This document shows positions 26,386-37,300 of a stretch of 64,000 bases of DNA, piece by piece. Each line of letters begins with the position of its first letter. The stretch's first letter is position 1. Made by a program: the position numbers and the translations under genes. Source of the DNA: an uncultured bacterium (GTDB lineage Bacteria; Oederibacteriota; JAAXVQ01; JAUVAV01). A model generated the notes under the pieces. The model saw only the letters and a program-made list of their open reading frames with translations. It was not told the origin of the DNA and did not search any database. The stretch is from NCBI GenBank assembly GCA_963710755.1, contig CAVQBK010000003.1, positions 448,001 through 512,000 of the forward strand. Direction: 5' to 3'.

Positions 26386-28002
26386 ATGGATACTCAATTT
26401 AAAATTGATCGGTTTGGGCAAAGAGACTGGCTCTGGGTGGGGTTGTTTTTTATTGCCGTCTGGGTAGGCATGTTTTGGACAAGTGGCTTATACCATGGCG
26501 GCTTTAATTACTTTTTAGATGATCATTTGCTGGTTTCTATTTATGCCAAGTTAACCTCATGGAAAGCGACCTTAATCGATCCATTTTCCACCTTGTTTCA
26601 AGCCGGGCATGACCGTTTCCGGCCCATGTACTTTGTGTTTTTGCATATCTTTACTAAACTCTATGGATTAAATCCCTTTATTTGGTATTTATCGTCCAGC
26701 CTTATCGCTGTCATCACATCTTTGGTTTTTTATGCTTTTGCCCGCAGAATCAATTTTTCTATGCTCAATTCGCTTATTTTTACATTACTGATCATGATGG
26801 GTTACCAAGCGTCAACCTATGCACGATTCGGCACGCCTGAAACGACTGCGACCTTGCTTCTGGGATTGGCTTTTTTGTTTTCAACTGGTAAATACAGGTT
26901 GAATTCTTCAAAAATAACCACAACCATTTTGGTGATTTTATTTGCTGCCTTGGCTGCCTTGAATAAGGAAGCCTGTATTCTCATGTTACCAGCTTTGGCG
27001 GTTTTTAAGTTATGGAACAGCATTAGAGATAAAAATAACAATTTGGTGACGGCGTGGAAAGAAAGCAAGGCTATTGTTGTTGGTTTGCTGGTTTTATTTG
27101 TTGTTTTAGTAGTTTACATCAAGGTTATGGCCATATCAGGTCCGGGTTATGCAGGAATTTCAAAGGAAACATTTGCCCTTCACAATATTATAAAAGTAAT
27201 AAAATCCATGGTTAGAAAGACTAGTTTCGGAATGGCCATCATTGCCAACGGCTACTTATGGTGGCATCTAATGAGATCAAAAAAACGGATTAGTGCTGAT
27301 CTTATTGGATTTTATATAACCTGTATTTTAATTATTGTCCCTCAATGGATTATTTATTCCAAGTCGGGATTTCAAGATCATTATTTCTTTCCCATCATCA
27401 TTGGTATTGCACTGTTGACAGTTTACCCTCTTCATTTAATACGACAAATTAATAAATGGCTTTTTAATACCATGATCATCCTATTGGCATTGTTCGTTGG
27501 CATCCAGGCGCAATGGACTTTTGGCTATTTTAAACGTGTAGCCAATGAAACCGTTCAGCAAAAAATGATGATAAAAGACATAGCTAAGAATGTTGACCAA
27601 AAAGGTAAAATTATTATTTTCGGAAATCCTTACGTCCATAACGAGAAACTGTTTGGATTCAAAACCATATTTTCAGACATTCTAAAAAGAAAAAATGTCT
27701 ATTTGGCAACACTTAGTTCAAAGGATAAACAGTTCAAAACATTTAGTTTGGCCAAGGAAGAATTGCCTTGGCTCTATCTTGGTCGGGCACCGCTTGTTGA
27801 AAGATATAATCATCAAACAATTGATGCTTTAAAGGCCGATGACCTGTCCGATGTGGAGGCTATTATCGTACTATCTCCCCGGGAGCTCCGGCAGGATGTG
27901 CTGTCAAATATTAATCAGTGGTTTAACTCAGCGCAGTATTTTTATAAAGACTATCCTGAAAATGATGTCGGCATTTACTTTAAAAAATCCTCCCCTAATT
28001 AA
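26386..28002 (+). CDS. AT-rich polytopic membrane protein, probable GT-C glycosyltransferase
   Basis: 'YFLDDH' after TM1, 'RFRPMY', 'NKEA'; many TM segments. Confidence 0.7.
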   Translation: MDTQFKIDRFGQRDWLWVGLFFIAVWVGMFWTSGLYHGGFNYFLDDHLLVSIYAKLTSWKATLIDPFSTLFQAGHDRFRPMYFVFLHIFTKLYGLNPFIWYLSSSLIAVITSLVFYAFARRINFSMLNSLIFTLLIMMGYQASTYARFGTPETTATLLLGLAFLFSTGKYRLNSSKITTTILVILFAALAALNKEACILMLPALAVFKLWNSIRDKNNNLVTAWKESKAIVVGLLVLFVVLVVYIKVMAISGPGYAGISKETFALHNIIKVIKSMVRKTSFGMAIIANGYLWWHLMRSKKRISADLIGFYITCILIIVPQWIIYSKSGFQDHYFFPIIIGIALLTVYPLHLIRQINKWLFNTMIILLALFVGIQAQWTFGYFKRVANETVQQKMMIKDIAKNVDQKGKIIIFGNPYVHNEKLFGFKTIFSDILKRKNVYLATLSSKDKQFKTFSLAKEELPWLYLGRAPLVERYNHQTIDALKADDLSDVEAIIVLSPRELRQDVLSNINQWFNSAQYFYKDYPENDVGIYFKKSSPN

Positions 28003-28077
28003 TTTCTCGTCGGAAAAAATAATACTAGTTGCCCCAATAGGTTTAGCCAAGTTCAACTTCGTCTTTACGATTCAGCA

Positions 28078-28106
28078 TTGACATGACCAGGGTTAACCTT
28101 CACAAT
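28078..28106 (+). promoter_or_regulatory. sigma70-type promoter of the usp operon
   Basis: TTGACA-N17-CACAAT. Confidence 0.5.
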
Positions 28107-28174
28107 AAGCACGCCGGGGGTGAGTCAGGCCTGCGGCCTTGTAGCGACCAAACCAGCATGAAGGAGCAATGGCG

Positions 28175-29101
28175 ATGAAACGGTTCAAAAACATTCTTTG
28201 TTATTTCAACAAAAAAGACGATAAGGTGGCGCTGCGCATGGCTTTTCATCTGGCTAAAGAAAACCAGGCCAAGTTGACGCTCATCGATATTGCCGATCAT
28301 CTTCCACCGGAATGCGACTATGAAGTGCCCTCTACGGACAAGCGTAAGTCTACACCGCCGCTGCATTGCCAGGAATACTTGGACATGGTAATCAAGCCTT
28401 ATCAGAATCAAGGGGTGCCGATTAAAACCCAGATCGTGAAAGGCATTCCTATCATCAAGCTGGTCAAGGCTGTCAAAAAATCCCGCTATGATCTGGTGGT
28501 GACCAGCACCATCGGTCTTCCTCTGCGCGGTCTTTTCTGGGATAGTATGGCCTTGAAGTTGATCCGCAAGTGCCCGGTGCCGGTCTGGATCATTCGTTCC
28601 CAAGCCGGTAAAACCTTTAAACACATCCTGGCGGCTGTGGATTTGGCGGAGGATAAAAAGACCAAGGCGCTCAATAAAAAAATTATGGAAATGGCATCCT
28701 CTCTGGCGCTTATGCACCAGGGACACCTGACTGTGGTCCATGGCTGGCAGGCGGAAAGGGAGCTCAACCTGATCACCTGGCATTCGCCCATCGATAAAGA
28801 TGAATATAAACGCATCAAAACAGAGATGAAAAAGGCCAAGACCGAGCAGCTGCATGAACTGGTAAAGCTTTACCACCGGAAAGGGCTGACCATCACCGCC
28901 AAGCTGGTGGAGAACAAAGGCGCCCTGGCCATTGTGGATACAGCCGAAGAGATCAAAGCGGATTTAACCGTCATGGGTACGGTGCACCGCACGGGCATTG
29001 CCGGGTTATTGATGGGCAGTACGGCCGAGGAAGCTTTACCGTTGCTTAAAAGTTCTCTGCTGGCCATCAAACCGGAAGGGTTCCAATCACCTATTGTCTA
29101 A
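28175..29101 (+). CDS. Tandem-domain universal stress protein (UspE-like)
   Basis: 'LIRKCPVPVWI', 'HILAAVD', 'VMGTVHRTGIAGLLMGSTAE'. Confidence 0.92.
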   Translation: MKRFKNILCYFNKKDDKVALRMAFHLAKENQAKLTLIDIADHLPPECDYEVPSTDKRKSTPPLHCQEYLDMVIKPYQNQGVPIKTQIVKGIPIIKLVKAVKKSRYDLVVTSTIGLPLRGLFWDSMALKLIRKCPVPVWIIRSQAGKTFKHILAAVDLAEDKKTKALNKKIMEMASSLALMHQGHLTVVHGWQAERELNLITWHSPIDKDEYKRIKTEMKKAKTEQLHELVKLYHRKGLTITAKLVENKGALAIVDTAEEIKADLTVMGTVHRTGIAGLLMGSTAEEALPLLKSSLLAIKPEGFQSPIV

Positions 29102-29157
29102 GCCGGCAATTCCTCTGCTGAGCATCCGGCCCTGCCTGGCCCGGAAAGGATGGCGTT

Positions 29158-30309
29158 ATGAAACTCTTGAAGAAATTGTTGGTTTCCATTGATTTTAGCG
29201 ACCAGTCCCAGGACGTAGTCAACCAGGCCGGGCGTTTGGCCAAACTTTTCAAATCTCAGCTTATTTTGCTGCATGTGGTGCCCACCGCGATCAGCAAGGC
29301 GTGCGATCTTGACAATTTGCTCCAACCTGCGACTCAGGCGCTGGAGGACGTCCGGCGCCGTTTGCAACAAGAGGGTGCTGAAATCGAGGCCAGCCATGTG
29401 ATCTGTGCCGAGCCTTTTGAGGAGATCATCAATCAGGCGGAACGGTACCGGGCCAACCTTATTCTGATGGGCGGCAAAGATTATGAACCGGACGGTGACA
29501 CCGGTGTGGGCGTGACCACTTGGCGGGTCATTCGTAAGAGTCAAAAACCGGTGTGGGTGGTCAAACCAAAAAATGCACATCCACTTTCCTCCATTTTATG
29601 CGCCGTTGATTATTCCGAAGCCTCCCAAAGGGCTTTGAAAAGCGCGCTCACCCTGGCCCGCACCAGCGGTGCCAAACTGCACGTCCTTCATGTCAATGAT
29701 AACAATCATCAGTTACCCGGGCATTATGAACCTCTTACAGCCAAAGAAAAAATCGCGATCAGGCAACAGGTGGTGCAAGATCAGCTGGACGATTTTTTAA
29801 GGAGCTTCGATACCCATCAAGTTCTACTGGAAAAACATTTGATCGCGGGGGACCCCCGTCAGGCCATCATGCATGCTGCGGATTTATTGAAAGCCGATTT
29901 GGTTATGCTGGGCAGCATTGGTCAAAATGAATCTGCCAAACTTCTGCTGGGGGCGGTCGCAGAGGCCGTGGTGAAGACTTCGCCCATCAGTTTCATTACT
30001 TTTAAAAAAGAGCATGCCATTGCCTTGGAAGTGGACAACCTGCTGGTCAGCATCACCGATCATTTTACCCAAGGCAAGGAGCTTTTGGAAAACGGTCTGG
30101 CCGATGAAGCCATTTCTTTTTTCGAACACTGTCTGAATGAGGACAAAATGTTTTTGCCGGCCTGGGAAGGCCTGGCCGAGGCGTATCATCGTATCGGTCA
30201 GCAGGCGGAGGCTCAGAAAGTTCTAGAGACTATTGATGCCCTCAAAAAGCGCTTCTGGGAAAAAAGAGTGGAGTTTGAGTTAAAGCACCGATTTTGGAAA
30301 AAATCCTAA
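29158..30309 (+). CDS. Tandem universal stress protein with C-terminal TPR
   Basis: 'LLVSIDFS', 'ILCAVDYS', 'LLLGAVAEAVV'; TPR 'AWEGLAEAYHRIGQ..EA'. Confidence 0.88.
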   Translation: MKLLKKLLVSIDFSDQSQDVVNQAGRLAKLFKSQLILLHVVPTAISKACDLDNLLQPATQALEDVRRRLQQEGAEIEASHVICAEPFEEIINQAERYRANLILMGGKDYEPDGDTGVGVTTWRVIRKSQKPVWVVKPKNAHPLSSILCAVDYSEASQRALKSALTLARTSGAKLHVLHVNDNNHQLPGHYEPLTAKEKIAIRQQVVQDQLDDFLRSFDTHQVLLEKHLIAGDPRQAIMHAADLLKADLVMLGSIGQNESAKLLLGAVAEAVVKTSPISFITFKKEHAIALEVDNLLVSITDHFTQGKELLENGLADEAISFFEHCLNEDKMFLPAWEGLAEAYHRIGQQAEAQKVLETIDALKKRFWEKRVEFELKHRFWKKS

Positions 30310-30424
30310 ACCAAAGAACCTAAGCCGGGTCCAACTACAGCCAACGGAAAGGCCCTGTTGACCATAATCACCATCACGGCACGCTTCCTGCTTTACCAAA
30401 ATATACGACAGGAGGTATAGTCCC

Positions 30425-33199
30425 ATGGATCAATTATTGGACCGCGCCTGGCACGCCATGGAGTTGCAAGAGGTCATGGCGTTGCTGGAATCCCATCAGG
30501 AGACCGGCCTTTCTATGGTTGAAGTTAAAGGCCGCCTCGAAACCTTTGGCTCCAATACCCTCACTGCCAAAAAAGCCGTCAGCCCCATCAAACGGTTTCT
30601 GCTCCAATTTCACAATCCCTTGGTTTACATTTTGCTCGCTTCAGCAGCCGTGACCGGCGCGCTGCAGGAATGGGTGGACTTTGCCGTCATTCTCGGGGTG
30701 GTGCTGGTCAATGCCGTTATAGGTTATATTCAGGAAGCCAAAGCCGAACAAGCAATTGAAGCCCTGAAACAGGTGGTCTCCACGGAAGCCACGGTTATCC
30801 GTGACGGCGAGACCGAGCGCATCCCTTCCGACGGCCTGGTGCCCGGTGATGTGGTGCTGCTCGAGTCGGGCGATAAAGTGCCGGCCGACCTGCGGCTTTT
30901 CCAAAGTAAGGAACTGCGTGTTTCCGAGAGCGCGCTTACCGGAGAATCGCTGCCCGTGGAAAAAGCCGTTCATCGGGTGGACCAGGAAACCGTGTTGGCC
31001 GATCGCTTTAACATGGCTTATTCCGGCACCTTGGTCTCGTCGGGTCGCGGCCGGGGCATGGTGGTGGCTACCGGTGACCGCACTGAGACCGGACGCATTT
31101 CCAGCCTGATCAATGAAGCCACCAATCTGGAAACCCCGCTCACGCGCAAGATCACCAGCTTCAGCCGCCTGTTGTTATGGGTCATTCTTGGTCTGGCCGG
31201 CATGACCTTGGGCATTGGGCTGTTACGGTCACAACCTTTTGTAGAAGTGTTCATGAGCGCCGTCGCCCTGGCCGTGGGTGCCATTCCCGAAGGCCTGCCC
31301 GCAGCCGTGACCATTACCTTGGCTATAGGCGTCAACCGCATGGCTAAAAAACGGGCTATTATTAGAAAAATGCCGGCAGTAGAGACGTTGGGCAGTACCA
31401 CGGTCATCTGTTCCGACAAGACCGGCACGCTTACCAAAAATGAAATGACCGTACTGGTTTCCTATGCCGGCGGCGAAACCTTCAGCTTTACCGGTACTGG
31501 CTATGACCCGGAAGGGCAGGTACAACAGCATCAGCAAGCCTTGTCCTCAATCAACAACCAAGCATTGCTGGAAACGCTCACAGCCGGTGTGCTCTGCAAT
31601 GACGCCGGCTTAAAAAAAGAACAGGACCTGTGGAAGGTCCAGGGTGATCCCACGGAAGCCGCCTTGCTGGTGAGCGCCCAAAAAGCAGGACTTGAGCGAA
31701 AGGCCTTGTTGATCAAGTTTCCCAGGGTGGATGTAATCCCCTTTGAATCGGAACGGCAATACATGGCCACCTTGCATGATACGGGCAAGGAGCTACCCAA
31801 CCTGATTTATCTCAAAGGCTCGGTGGAAAAAGTGCTGGCCCGCTGTACTGAGGCCTTGTCGCCGCAAGGCAAGTCCATGGACCTGGACCAGGAAGCAGTG
31901 TTGAAGGAAGCCGAAGAAATGGCGGCGCAGGGTCTGCGGGTACTGGCCTTGGCCAAACGCGCCATTGGTAATGAAGAAAAAAGTTTGGAATGCGCCGAGG
32001 AAGAAGAGGCCTCCGGTGAAAGCCCTTTCTGCGGTGAGCTGACGGGCAAGCTAACTTTTTTGGGTTTGCAGGCTATGGTTGATCCGCCCCGGCCGGAAGC
32101 CATTACCTCAATTCGTGCCTGCCGGCAGGCAGGGATCAAGGTGAAAATGATCACCGGCGATCATGTGCTTACGGCTAAGGCCATTGCCGGACAATTGGGA
32201 CTGGGCGATGAAAACGGCGAGGTCCAAGCCGTGAGCGGCCAGGAATTGGAAGCCATGAGTGACCAGACCTTGTTGTCCAGGCTGCCCGAGGTTGCCGTTT
32301 TTGCCCGGGTGGCACCGGAACAAAAACTGCGCTTGGTTAATGCCCTGCAAACTCTGGAACAGGTGGTGGCCATGACCGGAGACGGTGTGAATGACGCCCC
32401 GGCCTTAAAACAAGCAGACATAGGCGTGGCCATGGGTAAAGGAGGCACGGAAGTGGCCAAGGAGGCCTCGGATATGCTGCTGACGGATGATAATTTTGCC
32501 ACCATCGAAAAGGCGGTGGAAGAAGGCCGCGGTGTTTTTGACAACCTTACCAAATTCATTGTATGGACCCTTCCCACCAACCTCGGTGAAGGTCTGGTCA
32601 TTCTGGCTGCCATCGTGGCGGGCATGACCTTGCCCATCCTGCCGGTGCAGATCCTGTGGATCAATATGACCACGGCCGTGCTGCTGGGTTTGATGCTGGC
32701 CTTTGAAACCAAGGAACCGGGCATCATGGCGCGGCCACCGCGCGATCCCAGCACGCCCATCATTACGCCCCAATTGGTGGTGCGTATTCTTCTGGTTTCG
32801 GCCTTGATGCTGATTGGCGCCTTCGGGCTTTTTGAATGGGAGCTGCGCCTGGGTGGCGCCGTGGAAAAAGCCCGCACCACAGCGGTCAATGTCTTTGTCA
32901 TGATCGAAATGATTTACTTGCTTAATTGCCGATCCCTCACCAAATCCATGTTCCACCTGGGGGTGTTCAGCAATCCCATGATTATCATAGGCATGCTCAC
33001 CATGTTGCTGCTGCAACTGCTGTACACCTACGCGCCGTTTATGCAGCAGGCGTTTAAAAGCGCGCCCATCGGCGGCAAAGAATGGCTCATGATCGCGATT
33101 CTGGCGCTGACGGCTTATTCCCTGGTGGGCCTGGAGAAATGGATCAATGGCCGCAGGAGGCGGGGGCGTTTAAATAAGAAACATCTAGATGGGATGTAG
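30425..33199 (+). CDS. Cation-transporting P-type ATPase (P2A/CtpF-like)
   Basis: TGES, IPEGL, DKTGTLT and GDGVNDAPAL motifs. Confidence 0.96.
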   Translation: MDQLLDRAWHAMELQEVMALLESHQETGLSMVEVKGRLETFGSNTLTAKKAVSPIKRFLLQFHNPLVYILLASAAVTGALQEWVDFAVILGVVLVNAVIGYIQEAKAEQAIEALKQVVSTEATVIRDGETERIPSDGLVPGDVVLLESGDKVPADLRLFQSKELRVSESALTGESLPVEKAVHRVDQETVLADRFNMAYSGTLVSSGRGRGMVVATGDRTETGRISSLINEATNLETPLTRKITSFSRLLLWVILGLAGMTLGIGLLRSQPFVEVFMSAVALAVGAIPEGLPAAVTITLAIGVNRMAKKRAIIRKMPAVETLGSTTVICSDKTGTLTKNEMTVLVSYAGGETFSFTGTGYDPEGQVQQHQQALSSINNQALLETLTAGVLCNDAGLKKEQDLWKVQGDPTEAALLVSAQKAGLERKALLIKFPRVDVIPFESERQYMATLHDTGKELPNLIYLKGSVEKVLARCTEALSPQGKSMDLDQEAVLKEAEEMAAQGLRVLALAKRAIGNEEKSLECAEEEEASGESPFCGELTGKLTFLGLQAMVDPPRPEAITSIRACRQAGIKVKMITGDHVLTAKAIAGQLGLGDENGEVQAVSGQELEAMSDQTLLSRLPEVAVFARVAPEQKLRLVNALQTLEQVVAMTGDGVNDAPALKQADIGVAMGKGGTEVAKEASDMLLTDDNFATIEKAVEEGRGVFDNLTKFIVWTLPTNLGEGLVILAAIVAGMTLPILPVQILWINMTTAVLLGLMLAFETKEPGIMARPPRDPSTPIITPQLVVRILLVSALMLIGAFGLFEWELRLGGAVEKARTTAVNVFVMIEMIYLLNCRSLTKSMFHLGVFSNPMIIIGMLTMLLLQLLYTYAPFMQQAFKSAPIGGKEWLMIAILALTAYSLVGLEKWINGRRRRGRLNKKHLDGM

Positions 33200-33444
33200 C
33201 TACGGATAAACAACATCTCCTGTTTGCAGGAAAAGAGCGCATGAACAAATTTGATTACTTCCATGTGCCATGACTGTAACAATGTAAAATAAAATTTTAC
33301 TCATATCAAATTCTCCTGCGGCTTGTTGCTGAAGCCAGTCCCTATAAGTTGGAGGCCATGACTGGTCGGGCCGAAAGGGAATTTAAAAAGAATACCGGTT
33401 TTCCACATCCTCTTCGGTTTTCCACCTTTTTTTCCACCAGTTTC

Positions 33445-33472
33445 TAAAGTTTGACATTTTGCTGCTCGATAC
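33445..33472 (+). promoter_or_regulatory. sigma28-type promoter of the methyltransferase/GT operon
   Basis: TAAA(GTTT)-N16-CTCGATAC. Confidence 0.6.
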
Positions 33473-33544
33473 TATGGAGGTTATTACCCATCGGAAGCCT
33501 TTCACCGGGGAAAGGATTCCATAGTTCTTCGAGGAGTTTTGTCC

Positions 33545-34294
33545 ATGAGCCACGCCAGTTTGCGCCAACCTTCCCAGTATGATTTGACTGCATCTTTGCA
33601 GGCTGATCCTGAGCATCAATGTCCTGTTTGTGGGCACCACGGGGTCAAGCAGTTCGACGTACTTTGGCCGGAACTGATCGAGGCCTGGGACTTAACCCCG
33701 CCAGAGACTGCGCTGATTAACCGTCAGCAGGGCGAGCTTTGCCAGCACTGTGAATGCAATCTTCGTTCCCGCACGCTGGCCGGGGCATTGTGCCAAAGCC
33801 TGCATTGGAAGGGTTCGCTGAAATTGCTGACCGACGCGGCTATTTTGGAATCCTCCCATTTGCTGGAAATTAATGAAGCCGGACAATTACATACCTTTCT
33901 GCAGCGTTGGCCTTATTATACCTTTGCCGCTTATCCCCAAATTGATATGCAGGCCATGCCTTATGATGACCAACAATTTGACCTGATTATTCATTCCGAT
34001 ACCTTGGAGCATGTCCCGGATCCCATCAAGGCTCTGGCGGAATGTCACCGCCTACTCAAACCCATGGGCAGCATGATTATGACGATTCCCATAGTACCCA
34101 CCCGCCTTACCCGGCGGCGTGACCATTTGCCGGAGAGTTATCACGGCCAGTCGGGCACGGCAGCGGGCGACATGAAAGTGATCACCGAATACGGTGCTGA
34201 TTTTTATCTGGATTTAATTCAAGCCGGATGGCGACAAGTTACCTTGTACACTTTGGGCAGCCTGGCCTCCCTGGCGGTGATAGGCACTAAATAA
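33545..34294 (+). CDS. Class I SAM methyltransferase-like protein with CxxC pairs
   Basis: CPVC/CQHC; 'FDLIIHSDTLEHVPDPIKALAECHRLLKP'. Confidence 0.85.
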   Translation: MSHASLRQPSQYDLTASLQADPEHQCPVCGHHGVKQFDVLWPELIEAWDLTPPETALINRQQGELCQHCECNLRSRTLAGALCQSLHWKGSLKLLTDAAILESSHLLEINEAGQLHTFLQRWPYYTFAAYPQIDMQAMPYDDQQFDLIIHSDTLEHVPDPIKALAECHRLLKPMGSMIMTIPIVPTRLTRRRDHLPESYHGQSGTAAGDMKVITEYGADFYLDLIQAGWRQVTLYTLGSLASLAVIGTK

Positions 34295-34344
34295 ATTTCT
34301 GCGCTTTGGCCAAGCCGTCAAGGCGGAAGAACAAGGAGCACCTC

Positions 34345-37300
34345 ATGAGTGAGCTCGAATTTACGGGCGAACGCTTTGTGACCGATTACGATTCGCCCCA
34401 AATCAGTTATGAACATTGGCACCGATATTGTTACGCCGCCCAATGGGTGGCCGGTAAAAAAGTTCTGGATATTGCCTGCGGAGCAGGTTACGGCAGTGCT
34501 TTGCTGGCCCAGACTGCAGCCGAGGTGATGGGCGTGGACATCAGCCCGGAAGCCGTGACCCATGCCCGGGCTGCCTATCCATTGGCCAATTTGCAGTTTG
34601 TGGTGGGGCAGGCCAGTGCTATTCCGGACTCCGGGCAAGAGCTGTTTGATGTGGTGGTGTCCTTCGAGACCATTGAGCACGTGGATCAATCCACGCAGCA
34701 AGCCTTTCTAAAGGAAATTAAACGGGTGCTCAAACCGGAAGGCATGCTTATTATTTCCACACCCAATAAGCTGGTGTACAGTGATCTGCCCAAATACCAT
34801 AACGAATTTCATGTAAAGGAATTTTATTTCCGTGAATTTAAAACCTTTTTGCAGCAGTATTTTAAGGAGACGGCCTTTTTGGGTCAGCGTGTTTATGCGG
34901 GTTCCCATATCTGGCCTTTGGAGCAAAAGACCGACAAGCCGGCGGTGGAGTTTCATCTGAATTTTGATCAGACACTGAAACCGGTGCAGCAGCCCAAAAG
35001 TGATCTTTATGATCTGGCGATATGCAGCGATCAGCCCCTGCCGGCGACAGCCCCTTCCACCATGGTGGATTTAAGCGACCGGTTGATGCAACTTAAAGAC
35101 AGAAGCATTGGCGAATTGCAAGCCCTGCTGCTGCAAAAAGAGCAGGTTATCCGTCAACTGCAGGACGCTTTGCAGCAAAGGCCGGAGCCGCAAAACCTTC
35201 CTGCGGGTAATGCCCCAGTCCAGGCGCCAAAAGTCAGCATTGTTATTCCAGTATTCAACCAGGTGGAGTATACCCAACAATGTCTGGAAGCCCTGGCTGG
35301 CCACACGCCGGGGGAGCTGTTTGAACTTATTGTGGTGGACAATGCCTCCACGGATCAAACCGGGATGTTATTGAATGCTTTGGAAGGGGACGTGAAGATC
35401 GTCCGCAATCAGGAAAACCAGGGCTTTGTCCTGGCCTGTAACCAGGGTGCGGCTTTGGCCGGCGGCGAGTACATCCTGTTTCTTAACAATGATACCATTC
35501 CCCAGCCAGGTTGGCTGGAGGCTATGGTAGACCTGGCGGACCAGGACAGCTCCATTGGCGCGGTGGGCGCGAAGCTGATTTATCCCAACGGCAAACTGCA
35601 GGAAGCGGGCGGGTTGATTTTCAAGGATGGCAGCGGCTGGAATTTCGGGCGTCTCGATGACCCCAACAAGACGGCGTACAATGAAGCCTGTCAGGTGGAT
35701 TACTGTTCCGGCGCGGCCTTGATGGTGCGGGCGGAATTGTTCCAGGAGCTCGGCGGGTTTGATCAGCGCTTCGCCCCGGCTTATTATGAAGATACGGATT
35801 TGTGTTTTGGCCTGCGAGCGCTGGGCTATGTGGTGATGTTTTGTCCTCAGGCGGCGGTGGTGCATTGTGAAGGCATTACGGCAGGCACTGATCTGGCCCA
35901 GGGCTTCAAACATTACCAGGTGGTTAACCGCAGCAAGTTCGTGGAAAAATGGGCCGACGCACTGGCCTTGCAGGAAGAGCCGCCCAGTCTCACCAAACTA
36001 TTGCCCACCACGGCTGACCGTGTCAAACGGGGTCTGGCCCAGCCGCTTCAACCGGTCCACACGACGGTGACCACAGGACCTGTCAATGTACTGGTCATCG
36101 ACCCGATCCTGCCCCGCTATGACCGGGCCTCCGGTTCTTTACGCCTGTTTAATATCCTCAAAATTCTGCGCGCCCTAGACTGTCAGGTGACCTACATTGC
36201 CCGCAATGGTGTGCGCCAGGAACAGTATAAGCGGGAACTGGAAGCCATGGGCATCACGGTTTATGCCACTGATCCGGAAAAAATGGCGGCGCTTGGCTGT
36301 CCTCTGGAAGCGGAACCCATAAATCTCAAGGCTATTTTGCAGGCCACACCCTTTCACCTGGCCTGGCTTTCTTTTTATGATATTGCGGAACAATATCTGG
36401 CGGAGATTCGTCAATGGTCACCGCAGACCACCGTCATGATCGATACGGTGGATGTGCATTTTTTAAGAGAAGAGCGTCAGGCCGCGCTGGCCAACGATCC
36501 TCAGCTGGCCGCCAAAGCTAAACTCACCAAGCAGCGGGAGCTGGCCATTTATCAACAGGCGGACTGGCTCATGACCGTGACGCCTGATGATCAAGCCGTG
36601 CTGCACGAGGTCCTGCCGGACAAGGAGATCGTGGTGCTGCCCAATATTCACGGCCAGCAGCCGGATGGCCCGGGCTTTAGCGAACGCCGCGATCTGCTCT
36701 TTGTGGGCAATTTTCATCATCCCCCCAATGGCGATGCCATGGTGTATTTCTGCCGTGAGGTGCTGCCCAAAGTACAGCGGCAATGGCCTGAAGTTAAACT
36801 GACCATTGTGGGCGATTCGCCGCCGCCGGAGGTTAAAGCCCTGGCCAATGACCGGGTGACGGTTACCGGGTACGTGCTGGAAACGGAACCCTATCTCAAT
36901 GCCCACCGACTTTCCGTGGCACCTTTACGCTATGGCGCGGGCATGAAAGGTAAAATCGGAGAAGCCCTGAGTCACGGTCTGCCGGTGGTCACCACTTCCA
37001 TCGGCAGCGAAGGCATGGGTCTCATCGATAGCGAACAGGTGCTGATCGCCGATGATCCCCAATCCATGGCCGATGCCATCGGCCGGCTCTACCAGGATCA
37101 GGCGCTGTGGGAAAAGCTGGCCTACAATGGCAAAGCTTACATTGAAGACCATTTCGGGTTTACTGCGGTTACCCGGATCATGACCGGCCTGCTGGGGCGT
37201 TTGGGTGCCCGGCGTGGGACGTCTTCGGGATTGGTCAGTATTATTATTTTGGCGCATAACCAGCTCGAATACACGCAGCGTTGTGTGGAGAGCATTTTTC

